A DNA stretch of 41,914 nucleotides from the NCBI GenBank assembly GCA_002429595.1, contig DJAM01000148.1:1-41914 (forward strand), in the 5' to 3' direction. Positions within the stretch are counted from its first letter, which is position 1. The number at the start of each line of letters is the position of its first letter. The translations under genes were made by a program, and so were the position numbers. The notes beneath the pieces are model-generated. The model did no database searches, had not been told where the DNA came from, and was given only the letters and a program-made list of their open reading frames with translations. The stretch comes from Coxiellaceae bacterium UBA6002 (lineage in GTDB: Bacteria; Pseudomonadota; Gammaproteobacteria; UBA6002). Positions 1 to 9,169 of the stretch are shown piece after piece.

Positions 1-40
1 GCGCGAAAATGACAGTCTGCGCGGGAATGACAGTCTGAGA
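1..40. repeat. Partial REP-like element at the window edge: tandem 18-nt direct repeat gcgcg(a/g)(a/g)aatgacagtct(g)
   Basis: Contains gcgggaatgacag, the same half-unit seen in the palindromic elements at 5768-5801, 27578-27665 and 41187-41284. Truncated by the window start. Confidence 0.4.
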
Positions 41-54
41 GGATAACAGCCTCT

Positions 55-948
55 TTACATTTTTCGTTGTTTTTTCTTCGCGTTCGATTCTATGTAAGTG
101 ATAATCATGCTAGCGACATCTTTTTGAGTTGCGTTTTCAATACCCTCAAGTCCAGGCGATGAATTAACTTCCATGACTAAAGGACCGCGATCGGAGCGTA
201 GTAAATCGACACCCGCAACGCGTAAACCAACAGTTCTTGCAGCTAATAAAGCAGTCTGCCTTTCTAAAGCAGTTAGTTTAACTTCTTCAGCTTTGCCGCC
301 GCGATGAAGATTACTTCGAAAACCACCTGGTTTGGAGCGGCGCAGCATTGAGGCCACAACTCGATCGCCAATGACAAAACAGCGAAGGTCGGCGCCTTGA
401 GCTTCTTTGATGTACTCTTGAACCAAAATGTTCGCCTTCATACCTAAAAAGGCTTCGATAACACTTTCTGCAGCAACTTCAGTTTCAGCAAGGACGACTC
501 CAATGCCTTGGGTGCCCTCCACTAATTTGATGACCAGTGGAGCCCCTCCAACCATTTTAATTAAGTCACCAATGTCGTCTGGAGAATGTGCGAAACCCGT
601 TATGGGTAGGCCTATGCCACTTTGAGACAAAAGCTGCAGAGAACGTAGTTTGTCTCTTGCGTTGAGAATGCCGGTCGAGTTATTGACAGAATAAACTCCC
701 ATCATCTCAAACTGTCGAACAACTGCGGCACCATAGAATGTAATTGAGGAGCCAACTCGAGGAATAACTGCATCATATTGACGAAGTTCCTTTCCTCTGG
801 AATGGATAATGGATTTATTAGGAGCAATATTCATGTAGCAACGCAAGGCATTGATAACATTCACTTCATGCCCGCGTTTTTCTGCGGCTTCGATCAAACG
901 AGCCGTAGAGTAAAGCTTAGGTTTACTTGATAATATTGCAATCCTCAT
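55..948 (-). CDS. rimK: Ribosomal protein S6--L-glutamate ligase RimK (ATP-grasp)
   Basis: 297 aa. Strong end-to-end similarity to E. coli RimK as remembered (MRIAILS..., [66 protein letters not shown]). Confidence 0.9.
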   Translation of the reverse strand: MRIAILSSKPKLYSTARLIEAAEKRGHEVNVINALRCYMNIAPNKSIIHSRGKELRQYDAVIPRVGSSITFYGAAVVRQFEMMGVYSVNNSTGILNARDKLRSLQLLSQSGIGLPITGFAHSPDDIGDLIKMVGGAPLVIKLVEGTQGIGVVLAETEVAAESVIEAFLGMKANILVQEYIKEAQGADLRCFVIGDRVVASMLRRSKPGGFRSNLHRGGKAEEVKLTALERQTALLAARTVGLRVAGVDLLRSDRGPLVMEVNSSPGLEGIENATQKDVASMIITYIESNAKKKQRKM

Positions 949-966
949 TAAAAACTCTCTTTTGTT

Positions 967-1428
967 CTAGGTATGAAATGATCGAGCCGGATCTATAATA
1001 TAGTAGGTCTGCAACGCTTTTCTACCCAGTAGCATGCGAAAGTTCATTGAGCTTCGATCTGTTAAAGTGACATGGATCAGCCTAGAAAGACCACCCATAA
1101 TTAATGTAGTTTCGATAACATAACGTAGCTCTCGATGTCCACCTGAATCACTAACATTTCTGAGATCAACCAGATTGGCGGCGCATTGAACAGTCACCTC
1201 ATTGTTTCTTTGGATAGGATGAATTTTGAAAGCAACTTTATCAATGCCGTTTTCTTGAAACGGCTCGATATCAAATGCGTGTAGCGCCGACGTCCTGGCG
1301 CCGGTATCAATTTTAGCTTTGATGAGGTCAATACCTAAGGAAGGAAGGGAAACCCATTCACGCCAACCAATAACAACATAGGATTTGTTATGATATTTAA
1401 GAATGCTATGTTTATAAATTCTTTCCAT
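967..1428 (-). CDS. RimK-associated retropepsin-like aspartic protease (PF05618 'ATP-dependent zinc protease' family, RimB-like)
   Basis: 153 aa. Carries a D-T-G motif (KIDTGARTSALHA). Lies immediately downstream of rimK in the same orientation, as in Pseudomonas rimABK loci. Confidence 0.65.
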   Translation of the reverse strand: MERIYKHSILKYHNKSYVVIGWREWVSLPSLGIDLIKAKIDTGARTSALHAFDIEPFQENGIDKVAFKIHPIQRNNEVTVQCAANLVDLRNVSDSGGHRELRYVIETTLIMGGLSRLIHVTLTDRSSMNFRMLLGRKALQTYYIIDPARSFHT

Positions 1429-1493
1429 GAACTAACCTTTTTGTACGATAATAAACTAAGAATATGATAAATGCGATCTATCAGGGGGTATAA

Positions 1494-2456
1494 ATGTTAA
1501 TATGGTCTTTATCTGCATCAGCTATCAAAGTCCTCGATGACATCAAAAAGCCATCAGAGCAAAGCTTTATCTGGATCGATGCCGATCCCCAAGAACTTTG
1601 CCAGGTGCTGGAGAAAACTCATAGCATTAATGGCATAACCCTTAACGAAGAACACATTCGGGACTGTCAAAATTTGCAGCACCCCAGTTTTTATGAAAAG
1701 ACGATGTCTTACGATATATTGATTTTCCGTAGTTTGATCGCCAAGCTTGCGCCTAAAACAATACAAACAACAGCGATCACTTTTTTGATTTTTCCAAAAA
1801 TACTGGTCACTTTTCATCAAAATGACGAAGCTATGAGTCGTATCAAAAAGAAGCTGCAAAATATCAAAAAAACCCTGCCTACAGAACCCAATAACCTGAT
1901 GTTTATTATCCTTGACGAAATCGTGGATAACTTTTTACTTTTAAAAACACCTTTATTAGATGAATATAATGTCTGGGAGCAGCAGCTATTTGATAATACC
2001 TCTCGAGCTAGAAGTATTAACTGGAGAAAATATCTAAATTTTAAAACTGAGACCAGAAAACTGCGTATTTTAGGGGAAGAACAAATAGAGGTGATTTATC
2101 AATGGCGTCACGATAATGAATTAGGCCTGAATGAAGACTTGGCAATTCGATATAATGACTTATTAGATCATATTAAAAGGGTAATTCGATCAACCACACA
2201 ATTAGAAAATGAGTTAGACACTCTGACGCAATTACATTATTCATTAATTGGTAATCGAACTAATGATACGATGCGTACTTTAACGGTTCTTTCCGGGATT
2301 TTTTTGCCGTTAAATCTCATTGCTGGTATTTTTGGGATGAATTTTGCACACATGAATATATTTCAATCATACTATGCACAAGACATCACCCTGTGGGGGA
2401 TGTTAATATTGGCGGTCTTTTTGTTATTAGTTTTCAAATGGATAAAATGGATATAG
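1494..2456 (+). CDS. CorA-family divalent cation (Mg2+/Co2+) transporter
   Basis: 320 aa. GMN signature (FGMNFAHMN) followed by two C-terminal TM helices. The long soluble N-terminal domain is typical of CorA/ZntB. Confidence 0.7.
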   Translation: MLIWSLSASAIKVLDDIKKPSEQSFIWIDADPQELCQVLEKTHSINGITLNEEHIRDCQNLQHPSFYEKTMSYDILIFRSLIAKLAPKTIQTTAITFLIFPKILVTFHQNDEAMSRIKKKLQNIKKTLPTEPNNLMFIILDEIVDNFLLLKTPLLDEYNVWEQQLFDNTSRARSINWRKYLNFKTETRKLRILGEEQIEVIYQWRHDNELGLNEDLAIRYNDLLDHIKRVIRSTTQLENELDTLTQLHYSLIGNRTNDTMRTLTVLSGIFLPLNLIAGIFGMNFAHMNIFQSYYAQDITLWGMLILAVFLLLVFKWIKWI

Positions 2457-2484
2457 AAAAAATCTGCTCTATAGCAGATTTAGG
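2457..2484 (-). terminator. Intrinsic terminator oriented for minus-strand transcription
   Basis: 9-bp perfect stem aaatctgct/agcagattt (2460-2468 / 2473-2481) with a 4-nt loop. On the minus strand it is followed by UUUUUCUAU. On the plus strand it is followed by agggg, which is not U-rich. Confidence 0.5.
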
Positions 2485-2650
2485 GGTGTCCCGACGATGT
2501 TGTCACCTCTGAGCTCTCTTATGTATACTTTGGTAGTTTGCGAAACACATTAGGCTTTTTACATTTAGTAAACATGCACACCGTGTCTCGAACTAACTCC
2601 CCATACCATTCTCATGTTAGTTCAGGGATAAACACCATACAGGACACTTA
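2457..2650 (-). ncRNA. Candidate ~190-nt sRNA in the corA/priA intergenic region, transcribed antisense to the flanking genes
   Basis: Putative sigma70 promoter on the minus strand: TTGAAA (2685-2680) - N18 - TATTAT (2661-2656). No minus-strand ORF follows. The transcript would run to the terminator at 2457-2484. Confidence 0.3.
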
Positions 2651-2718
2651 ATAAAATAATAGTACAAAAAACAGTAGTTTTTCAACCTGTAGGCTAAGCT
2701 AATGGAGGCTTTAAGCCA

Positions 2719-4920
2719 TTGATAATTAAAGAAAATTGTATCTTACAAGTCGCTTTAGCTACGCCCATTCGAAAAACGTTTGATTATCTGCCGCCTGAGC
2801 CTTTTAATCCACAAGCCCTAAAATCTGGCATTAGAATCAAAGTACCGTTTGGCCGGGGAGAGAAGGTGGGTGTCTTATTAAACATTAAAACAGAAAGTCA
2901 TCTTCCTAAAGCCAAGCTGAAACATGCCATTAGCGTTTTAGATCCAGTTCCGCTGTTCGATCAGTCGATTATGATGCTTTACCAATTTGCAAGTCAGTAT
3001 TATCAACATGCAATGGGTGAAATCATTTTCGCAAGTCTGCCTCCTTTGCTAAGAGATGGTCAGCCTGCCAGCTTACCTGAAGAAATTATTTTTATCTTAA
3101 CTGAGTTAGGAGCAAAAACCTCCGAAGAGGCTTTTCGCCATGCGGTTCAACAACGAAAAATAATGACTTTATTAAATGCACACCCCAATGGTTTATCTCG
3201 AGATGAGATCCTCGCAAATGGGGGAGAACAAAAAGCCTTAACGGCGTTGCTCGCAAAAGGCTATCTGAAAAAATATGTCCTAAAACGCACCATGGTTACC
3301 GGTAAGGTTCAAAAGCATTTACCTTTGAATGAGTATCAACAAACAGCAGTTGCTGCGATTACGGGACAGAAAGGTTTTGCAACTTATTTGCTAGAAGGAG
3401 TGACGGGTAGCGGTAAAACCGAAGTTTATTTACAGTCTATTGAGGCCGTTCTAAAAAATAATAAACAAGCCTTAGTTCTCGTTCCTGAAATAGGACTTAC
3501 GCCGCAAACTGTGGCTAGGTTTCAAGAACGTTTCAATTTACCGATCAGCATTTTGCATTCCGGCTTAAACGATAAAGAACGGAATAACGCGTGGTTATTA
3601 GCCTCAGATGGTACCGCTCGAATTATTATTGGCACTCGCTCCGCTGTGCTCACTCCTTTGCCGGCTTTGGGACTGATTATTCTTGATGAAGAACATGATG
3701 TTTCTTTCAAACAGCAATCTGGCTTTCGTTATTCGGCAAGAGATTTAGCAATTATGCGTGCCAAGCTAACAGATGTACCCGTTGTTTTGGGGACAGCAAC
3801 ACCGTGTTTAGAATCGTTGTTTAATGTAAAACAAAAACGCTTTTTGCATCTCAATTTACCAGTAAGAGCAGGGCAATCCATTGCCCCGAGTTTTCATCTC
3901 ATCGATGTTCGTAGCACAAAGTTAGAAGAGGGATTTTCTCCTGCTATTCTCGAGCAAATGCAAAAACATTTGGGTAACGGTGGCCAGGTTTTAATTTTCT
4001 TAAATAGACGTGGCTATGCGCCAACTTTGTTGTGTCATCAGTGTGGTTGGATAGCGAGTTGTTCGCGTTGTGATGCACGGCTAACATACCATGCCGAGTT
4101 AGAATATTTAATTTGCCATCACTGTGCGACAAATTATCGAATTAACAAAAAATGTGGTGCTTGCCATAGTAGAGAATTATTGCTTCTAGGCGTGGGGACA
4201 CAACGGGTAGAAAAATTTCTAACACATCATTTTCCTCTCGCTCACATCACTCGAATTGATCGTGATAGCACACGCAAGAAAGGAGCTATGGCAAAAATGC
4301 TCGCACATGTCCAAAGTGGTGAGAGCAATATTTTAATTGGGACTCAGATGTTGGCCAAAGGTCATCATTTTCCTGACGTAACGATGGTAGTCATTACCGA
4401 TATCGATACTCAGCTATATAGCACCGATTTTAGAGCCTGTGAGCGCTTAGGACAGCTTATCGTCCAAGTGGCCGGTCGTGCAGGTCGCAGCGAAAAACCC
4501 GGCGAGGTTTATTTGCAAACACATAATCCAACGCATCCATTGCTACTGCAATTAATCAAAAGTGGTTACAGCCGTTTTGCAGAACAGTTATTAAAGGAAA
4601 GAAAATCAGCAGAATTGCCGCCTTTTTCGCATCTGGCATTATTTAGAGCACAAGGGACACATCAAAGTTTAGCGCAGGAATTTTTAACAGAAGTCCGCAA
4701 ATTATTTTTAGACGATCAAAATATCAGCATTTTTGGTCCAATTCCGGCATTAATGGAAAAGAAGGCAGGCAAATTTCGAGCACAACTTTTGGTACAAGCA
4801 AAAAAACGCGTCTATTTACAAAAAATATTACAAGATAAAATGTCGATTATTGAAAATCTACCTTCTGCCCGCAAAGTTCGTTGGTCAATCGACATTGATC
4901 CAATTGATGTGCTCTCTTGA
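2719..4920 (+). CDS. priA: Primosomal protein N' (PriA helicase)
   Basis: 733 aa. Walker A GVTGSGKTEVY. DExH-like LIILDEEHD. Zn-binding Cys cluster (CHQCGWIASCSRCDARLTYH...CHHC...CGAC). Apparent TTG start preceded by GGAGG (2704-2708). Confidence 0.9.
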   Translation: MIIKENCILQVALATPIRKTFDYLPPEPFNPQALKSGIRIKVPFGRGEKVGVLLNIKTESHLPKAKLKHAISVLDPVPLFDQSIMMLYQFASQYYQHAMGEIIFASLPPLLRDGQPASLPEEIIFILTELGAKTSEEAFRHAVQQRKIMTLLNAHPNGLSRDEILANGGEQKALTALLAKGYLKKYVLKRTMVTGKVQKHLPLNEYQQTAVAAITGQKGFATYLLEGVTGSGKTEVYLQSIEAVLKNNKQALVLVPEIGLTPQTVARFQERFNLPISILHSGLNDKERNNAWLLASDGTARIIIGTRSAVLTPLPALGLIILDEEHDVSFKQQSGFRYSARDLAIMRAKLTDVPVVLGTATPCLESLFNVKQKRFLHLNLPVRAGQSIAPSFHLIDVRSTKLEEGFSPAILEQMQKHLGNGGQVLIFLNRRGYAPTLLCHQCGWIASCSRCDARLTYHAELEYLICHHCATNYRINKKCGACHSRELLLLGVGTQRVEKFLTHHFPLAHITRIDRDSTRKKGAMAKMLAHVQSGESNILIGTQMLAKGHHFPDVTMVVITDIDTQLYSTDFRACERLGQLIVQVAGRAGRSEKPGEVYLQTHNPTHPLLLQLIKSGYSRFAEQLLKERKSAELPPFSHLALFRAQGTHQSLAQEFLTEVRKLFLDDQNISIFGPIPALMEKKAGKFRAQLLVQAKKRVYLQKILQDKMSIIENLPSARKVRWSIDIDPIDVLS

Positions 4921-4931
4921 GGATTAAATGT

Positions 4932-5750
4932 ATGACTGATCAGTACGCTGTATTTGGTAATCCGATATCACATAGTCTATCTCCGATTATTCATCAGCAA
5001 TTTGCGCTTGAGACTCATCAAGATATTGCTTATCACAAAATTGAAGTGCCGAAAGACAAGCTCGAAGAATATATCCAGGATTTTCAGGATCGAGGCGGCA
5101 AGGGTCTCAATATTACACTTCCTTTTAAACGAGAAGCTTTTTCTCTCACGACAATTAATTCTACTGAAGCGACGATTGCTCAGGCCGTCAATACCCTAAG
5201 TTTCCAAAAAGATGGCACGATACTAGGATATAACACGGATGGCATTGGACTCATTAGAGATTTGATGCAGAACCTGCATTGCATGATAGTCGATAAACGT
5301 ATTTTAATTTTAGGTGCTGGTGGTGCGGTACGAGGAATTTTATTTCCTTTACTAAACCAAGTGCCAAAGCAAATTGTCATTGCTAACCGTACCTTAGAGA
5401 GTGCTAAGGAGCTGGAAAGGAGTATGGGCAGCTATGGCAATATCACTGCCACACCTTTAGACGGCATAACTGGGGAATTTGATATTGTCATTAATGGTAC
5501 CAGTTTGGGAGTCAGCTCCAATCAAATTTCGTTTGATCCGAAAATCATCACGAAAGAGACATTCTGTTACGATTTAATCTATGGACAGGAGCTCACGCCC
5601 TTCTTAAAATGGGCAGTTGCTCACGGAGCTAAGCGAGTAGCGGACGGAATGGGCATGCTCGTGGAGCAAGCGGCTGAGGCCTTTTTTATTTGGCGTGGTC
5701 AAAAACCTGACACAGGTAAAGTATTAAAACTCTTAAGAAAGAACGAATGA
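4932..5750 (+). CDS. aroE: Shikimate dehydrogenase
   Basis: N-terminus YAVFGNPISHSLSPIIHQ, GYNTDGIG, and NADP-binding ILGAGGAVRG. Start placed at ATG 4932 (MTDQY...) rather than the track's upstream overlap with the priA stop. Confidence 0.85.
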   Translation: MTDQYAVFGNPISHSLSPIIHQQFALETHQDIAYHKIEVPKDKLEEYIQDFQDRGGKGLNITLPFKREAFSLTTINSTEATIAQAVNTLSFQKDGTILGYNTDGIGLIRDLMQNLHCMIVDKRILILGAGGAVRGILFPLLNQVPKQIVIANRTLESAKELERSMGSYGNITATPLDGITGEFDIVINGTSLGVSSNQISFDPKIITKETFCYDLIYGQELTPFLKWAVAHGAKRVADGMGMLVEQAAEAFFIWRGQKPDTGKVLKLLRKNE

Positions 5751-5812
5751 CATGACGTCATCCCGCGATCTGTCATTCCCGCCTTCGCGGGAATGACAGA
5801 TCACCGGACTGT
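5747..5812. repeat. REP-like palindromic element
   Basis: Perfect 15-bp arms atctgtcattcccgc / gcgggaatgacagat (5768-5782 / 5787-5801) with a 4-nt loop. Preceded by a degenerate half-unit gacgtcatcccgcg. Lies in the aroE / MOMP-gene intergenic region. Confidence 0.6.
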
Positions 5813-5840
5813 TAGATTCCAATAAAATTAGGGAAGAATA

Positions 5841-8800
5841 ATGAAAAAATGGATGTTAACGCTTATCTCTCTTGGTTATATCAGTCCCATTTTTGCTACA
5901 GCGCATGATTCTTTTCTGGTCACTGGCGAGACTCTAAATGAAGTCGCCAACTATGACCACGTTTTTGATATGCCGAATTTCTTTACGCGTGTTTTTCCGC
6001 AAAACTTAAACCCAAATCTAGTGATAGTACCTAGGACTAATAGTGGCTTCATATTCGGACTAACAGGTGCCTTGCTCCGGTCATTTGATAACCAGACCGA
6101 CTATGTTATTCCCGATACAAGTCCACTGCCTTTCTTGCCAAGCCCTAATAGTAATATTCGTGAGATTAGTCCAGATTACAATTTTGGTTATGGCGGTTAT
6201 CTCGGGTATGTCTATCCATATACTGGCAGAGATATTAAATTTAGTTTCTTCTTGTTTGATGAGAATGTGAATGACTCGATCACGGCGCCTACCGATGGCA
6301 CCTTGTGGACGCCTCTTGCGCTTTATGATCAAACGACAGAAGCTGATGCAGCATTTGCGAAATACACGACCAATTTTTATTCCGCCAAATTAATGATGGG
6401 TCAAAATATTGTTGCCGGCACTCGCCTTCGAATTCACCCCTCACTAGGTTTGCAATATGCAGGTATCAATCGTGAGTTAAAAACAAACTATGGTGCGGCA
6501 TCAGGTATTCTTGATGTGCTGCCATTTGGTGATTCTGTTGTTAAGCAGAAAAGTAACTTCAATGGTATCGGTCCTGCAATACAATTCGATTTAAGTTATT
6601 TCCTTGCGCCACATTTCGCATTAACCGGACATTTACTTAACTCGATTTTGGTCGGTACGATCACGAGCGAAATAAACTACGCAGAAGATCTTTTACTGAC
6701 CACGCCACTTGATTCTGCTCCTGCCAACACGGTAATTAATCTTACATCAGCGAATCGTTGCGTTGCTAATTTAGATGGGAAGTTAGGTTTCTGCTTCGAA
6801 TATCCATTCTGCGGAACTAACACCAAAATGGAGATCGAAATTGGCTACGAGTTTAATCACTTCTTTAATGCAATTGATACCTATCGAAGTGCTGGCGGCG
6901 CATTTTTTGTTGATGAAACCGATCCGCCAGTTTATGTTGACACACCATTGCACATCAAAAACCCCCATGATTTTACAATGGATGGCCCCTATTTAACTTT
7001 GGGGCTTTCTGGTATTTCTTGCCCAGATAATGTTGTGATAGATCCAGTCTGTGTGACTGTTCCGAAACTAGATGGTGGTTTTGTATTTAGTATAGGAGCT
7101 ATTTATTATCGCATGAATCATAACCATACTGATTTTGCGATTTTAGATCCTACCCCGACACTGATTACCGATCCTCTAGTTGATCCAACTGTACCACCTG
7201 TCTTTGTGCCAAGCACTAAATCTACGCTTAAAAATATCGAAAGTGATAGCTCTTACGGCTTAATGTTTGATTTGGGTTATATATTCAGAAAAACTCCGTA
7301 CGACATGACTTTCCACTTTGAAGGCTTGAACGGACAAGATAAAGAACGAGTGACAGCTCCAGCAGCAGGCACTGTGTGGCCTATACTGGTGACACCATTT
7401 TTTAATCCTACACAAACTGGTATGTTCGCAACGCGAGCACATGCAAATCTGAAAAATACATATTACGAGGCGCATCTTGATGTAGGTCAAGCTATTAGCG
7501 CCGACAATTTAGCCTGGTTTAGATTATTTGAAGGGATTGAGTACGCCCGTCTTTATTCTGATCTTCATGTTACTTACGATAATGTCACTACTAATCCATT
7601 CGCGCTTTTCGATGAAATCCCTGATCCGACGTTAACTTATCGAAGGGTTGATGCCGTTTCAAAGAGCCGTTTCAATGGCTACGGTCCTCGAGTTGGTATA
7701 GACATGGCGCTTCCGATGGGTTGGATCAATCTAATTGCCGAGCTAGCAGGTGGTTTCCTCTTTGGAAATATTGACTCAACTTATAGCAACACTTACGAAT
7801 CAGGTGTTTTAACAGGCGCCGATCCTGATGTTGTGTTAGTGCCAGGAGGCAATTTAGGCGCTTCGTTAGACTCACAAAATCAGGTGGCCCCATTTTTAGA
7901 TACAAAAGTTGCGATTGGTTATGGCTTCGATTTTTTTGCAAGAACCAAATGGACGGTTGAATTAGGGTTTAAAGCAGCTCATTACTTTAACGCAGCAACA
8001 ACTTTCCGCCATGTTACTAATAATTCTGCTGATTTCGTTAAGCAAGTTGATGACATCACAGTCAATGGACCTTACTTAAATGTGTCGGTCTTTGGCTTTG
8101 GTGCTTGCCCACCAGACTGTTTACCACGGGATCCTTTCTGCGTCATTGTGCCTGAACTCAAAGGTGGCTTAGAGCTAGCGATTGAATATCTCTATTTGCG
8201 TCCCAATGTGGTTAACGTTGATTACGCTTTAGTTGATCCTGCACCAACATTTGTACCAAATTTGGTTGAACCACCTGTGTTTGCAGATGGTTTTGAATTT
8301 AATCCAAGTGCTAGATCAAGGGTTCAGTTCTTAACGCCGCAATTTGCTTCTGGCTATCGTGCACATGTAGGCTATATCTTTCCACTGACCTCTAATGACA
8401 TTTCAGTTAACTTTGTACAATACGAAGCAAGTTCTTCTGATCATGCTTCAGCGCCTGCCTTTGGTTTGCTTTGGACTATTACTAATGGCAGTTTTGGCTC
8501 TGTCTCAAGTGTTGATCCAACTTTCTTCCCGATCGCAGCCGACCATGCCAACGTGAATGTAGATTTTAATTGGCAGACTGGCAATGTAGAGATGGGTAAA
8601 CGAGTTAAATTTTATAACCTCATGCTGAGAGCTTTTGCAGGTCTGACATACGCTAAAGTGACTGAAAATATCAAGATTACTTATCTAGATGGTTTTTCAG
8701 TGGGTCCCGATACTCTTATTCCAATTGCCTCTGATGCTATTCACCAAGGCAATGACTTCTCCGGATTTGGTCCTCGCTTGGGTGTTGCTGGTGACTTCGG

Positions 8801-9143
8801 TTTTGGCTGTGGCTTTTCGCTGGTCGCACTGGTTGGTACTGACTTGCTAGTTGGCACATTCAATAGTAGTCTCGAAGAGCTTTCTTCAAGTGGTGATTCA
8901 GCAACCTTAAACCCAACGAAAAGAACTCGTTTGGCACCTGCCGTCGACGGCAAGATCGGAATCGCCTACACAATTGCTCTGAAAAACTGTGCTCAAATTA
9001 GTCTTGAAGGCGGTTATCAAATGAATCATTATTTTAATGCGAAAGATAGCTTGCGCTTCACCAGTAATTCCAATGCCTTCATCAAACAAGAACAAGATGT
9101 CAGTTTTGATGGTTGGTATGGCAGATTACAAATTAATTTCTAA
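5841..9143 (+). CDS. Outer membrane protein with three tandem Legionella-type MOMP (porin) domains and a signal peptide
   Basis: 1100 aa. Sec signal MKKWMLTLISLGYISPIFATA. Three ~360-aa repeats start at about nt 6180, 7250 and 8346. Each has Legionella MOMP hallmarks: an aromatic N-terminal strand (NFGYGGYLGYVYPY / SYGLMFDLGYIF / ASGYRAHVGYIF), NG(I/Y/F)GP(A/R)(I/V/L)G, and (Y/F)xxNHYFNA. The final residue is F (Q-I-N-F). Pro-rich linkers carry Cys pairs. Confidence 0.8.
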   Translation: MKKWMLTLISLGYISPIFATAHDSFLVTGETLNEVANYDHVFDMPNFFTRVFPQNLNPNLVIVPRTNSGFIFGLTGALLRSFDNQTDYVIPDTSPLPFLPSPNSNIREISPDYNFGYGGYLGYVYPYTGRDIKFSFFLFDENVNDSITAPTDGTLWTPLALYDQTTEADAAFAKYTTNFYSAKLMMGQNIVAGTRLRIHPSLGLQYAGINRELKTNYGAASGILDVLPFGDSVVKQKSNFNGIGPAIQFDLSYFLAPHFALTGHLLNSILVGTITSEINYAEDLLLTTPLDSAPANTVINLTSANRCVANLDGKLGFCFEYPFCGTNTKMEIEIGYEFNHFFNAIDTYRSAGGAFFVDETDPPVYVDTPLHIKNPHDFTMDGPYLTLGLSGISCPDNVVIDPVCVTVPKLDGGFVFSIGAIYYRMNHNHTDFAILDPTPTLITDPLVDPTVPPVFVPSTKSTLKNIESDSSYGLMFDLGYIFRKTPYDMTFHFEGLNGQDKERVTAPAAGTVWPILVTPFFNPTQTGMFATRAHANLKNTYYEAHLDVGQAISADNLAWFRLFEGIEYARLYSDLHVTYDNVTTNPFALFDEIPDPTLTYRRVDAVSKSRFNGYGPRVGIDMALPMGWINLIAELAGGFLFGNIDSTYSNTYESGVLTGADPDVVLVPGGNLGASLDSQNQVAPFLDTKVAIGYGFDFFARTKWTVELGFKAAHYFNAATTFRHVTNNSADFVKQVDDITVNGPYLNVSVFGFGACPPDCLPRDPFCVIVPELKGGLELAIEYLYLRPNVVNVDYALVDPAPTFVPNLVEPPVFADGFEFNPSARSRVQFLTPQFASGYRAHVGYIFPLTSNDISVNFVQYEASSSDHASAPAFGLLWTITNGSFGSVSSVDPTFFPIAADHANVNVDFNWQTGNVEMGKRVKFYNLMLRAFAGLTYAKVTENIKITYLDGFSVGPDTLIPIASDAIHQGNDFSGFGPRLGVAGDFGFGCGFSLVALVGTDLLVGTFNSSLEELSSSGDSATLNPTKRTRLAPAVDGKIGIAYTIALKNCAQISLEGGYQMNHYFNAKDSLRFTSNSNAFIKQEQDVSFDGWYGRLQINF

Positions 9144-9169
9144 TAAAAAAATAGGAACTAAAACAACGT

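Noticed and set aside
428-625. 65-aa ORF antisense within rimK. Similar antisense or embedded ORFs: 1554-1859, 3522-3710, 3944-4132, 4954-5199, 5180-5380, 6067-6332, 6783-6968, 7260-7490, 7726-7941, 8741-9095, 10077-10277, 12413-12640, 19215-19745, 21351-21611, 22335-22627, 23435-23683, 26819-27127, 27263-27448, 27825-28103, 28157-28351, 30231-30413, 31413-31634, 32929-33201, 33414-33674, 34983-35204, 35293-35493, 36483-36722, 38422-38670, 39378-39569, 40957-41151.
   Set aside because: Each lies entirely inside a well-supported gene on the other strand or in another frame. None has a recognisable motif or RBS. They are treated as chance ORFs.
2486-2718. Looked for a tRNA gene in the corA/priA spacer (moderate GC, e.g. 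ggggtgtcccgacgatgttgtcacctctgagctc)
   Set aside because: No acceptor-stem/T-arm pairing and no GTTCGAATC-like T-loop could be found. A tRNA call is not supportable.
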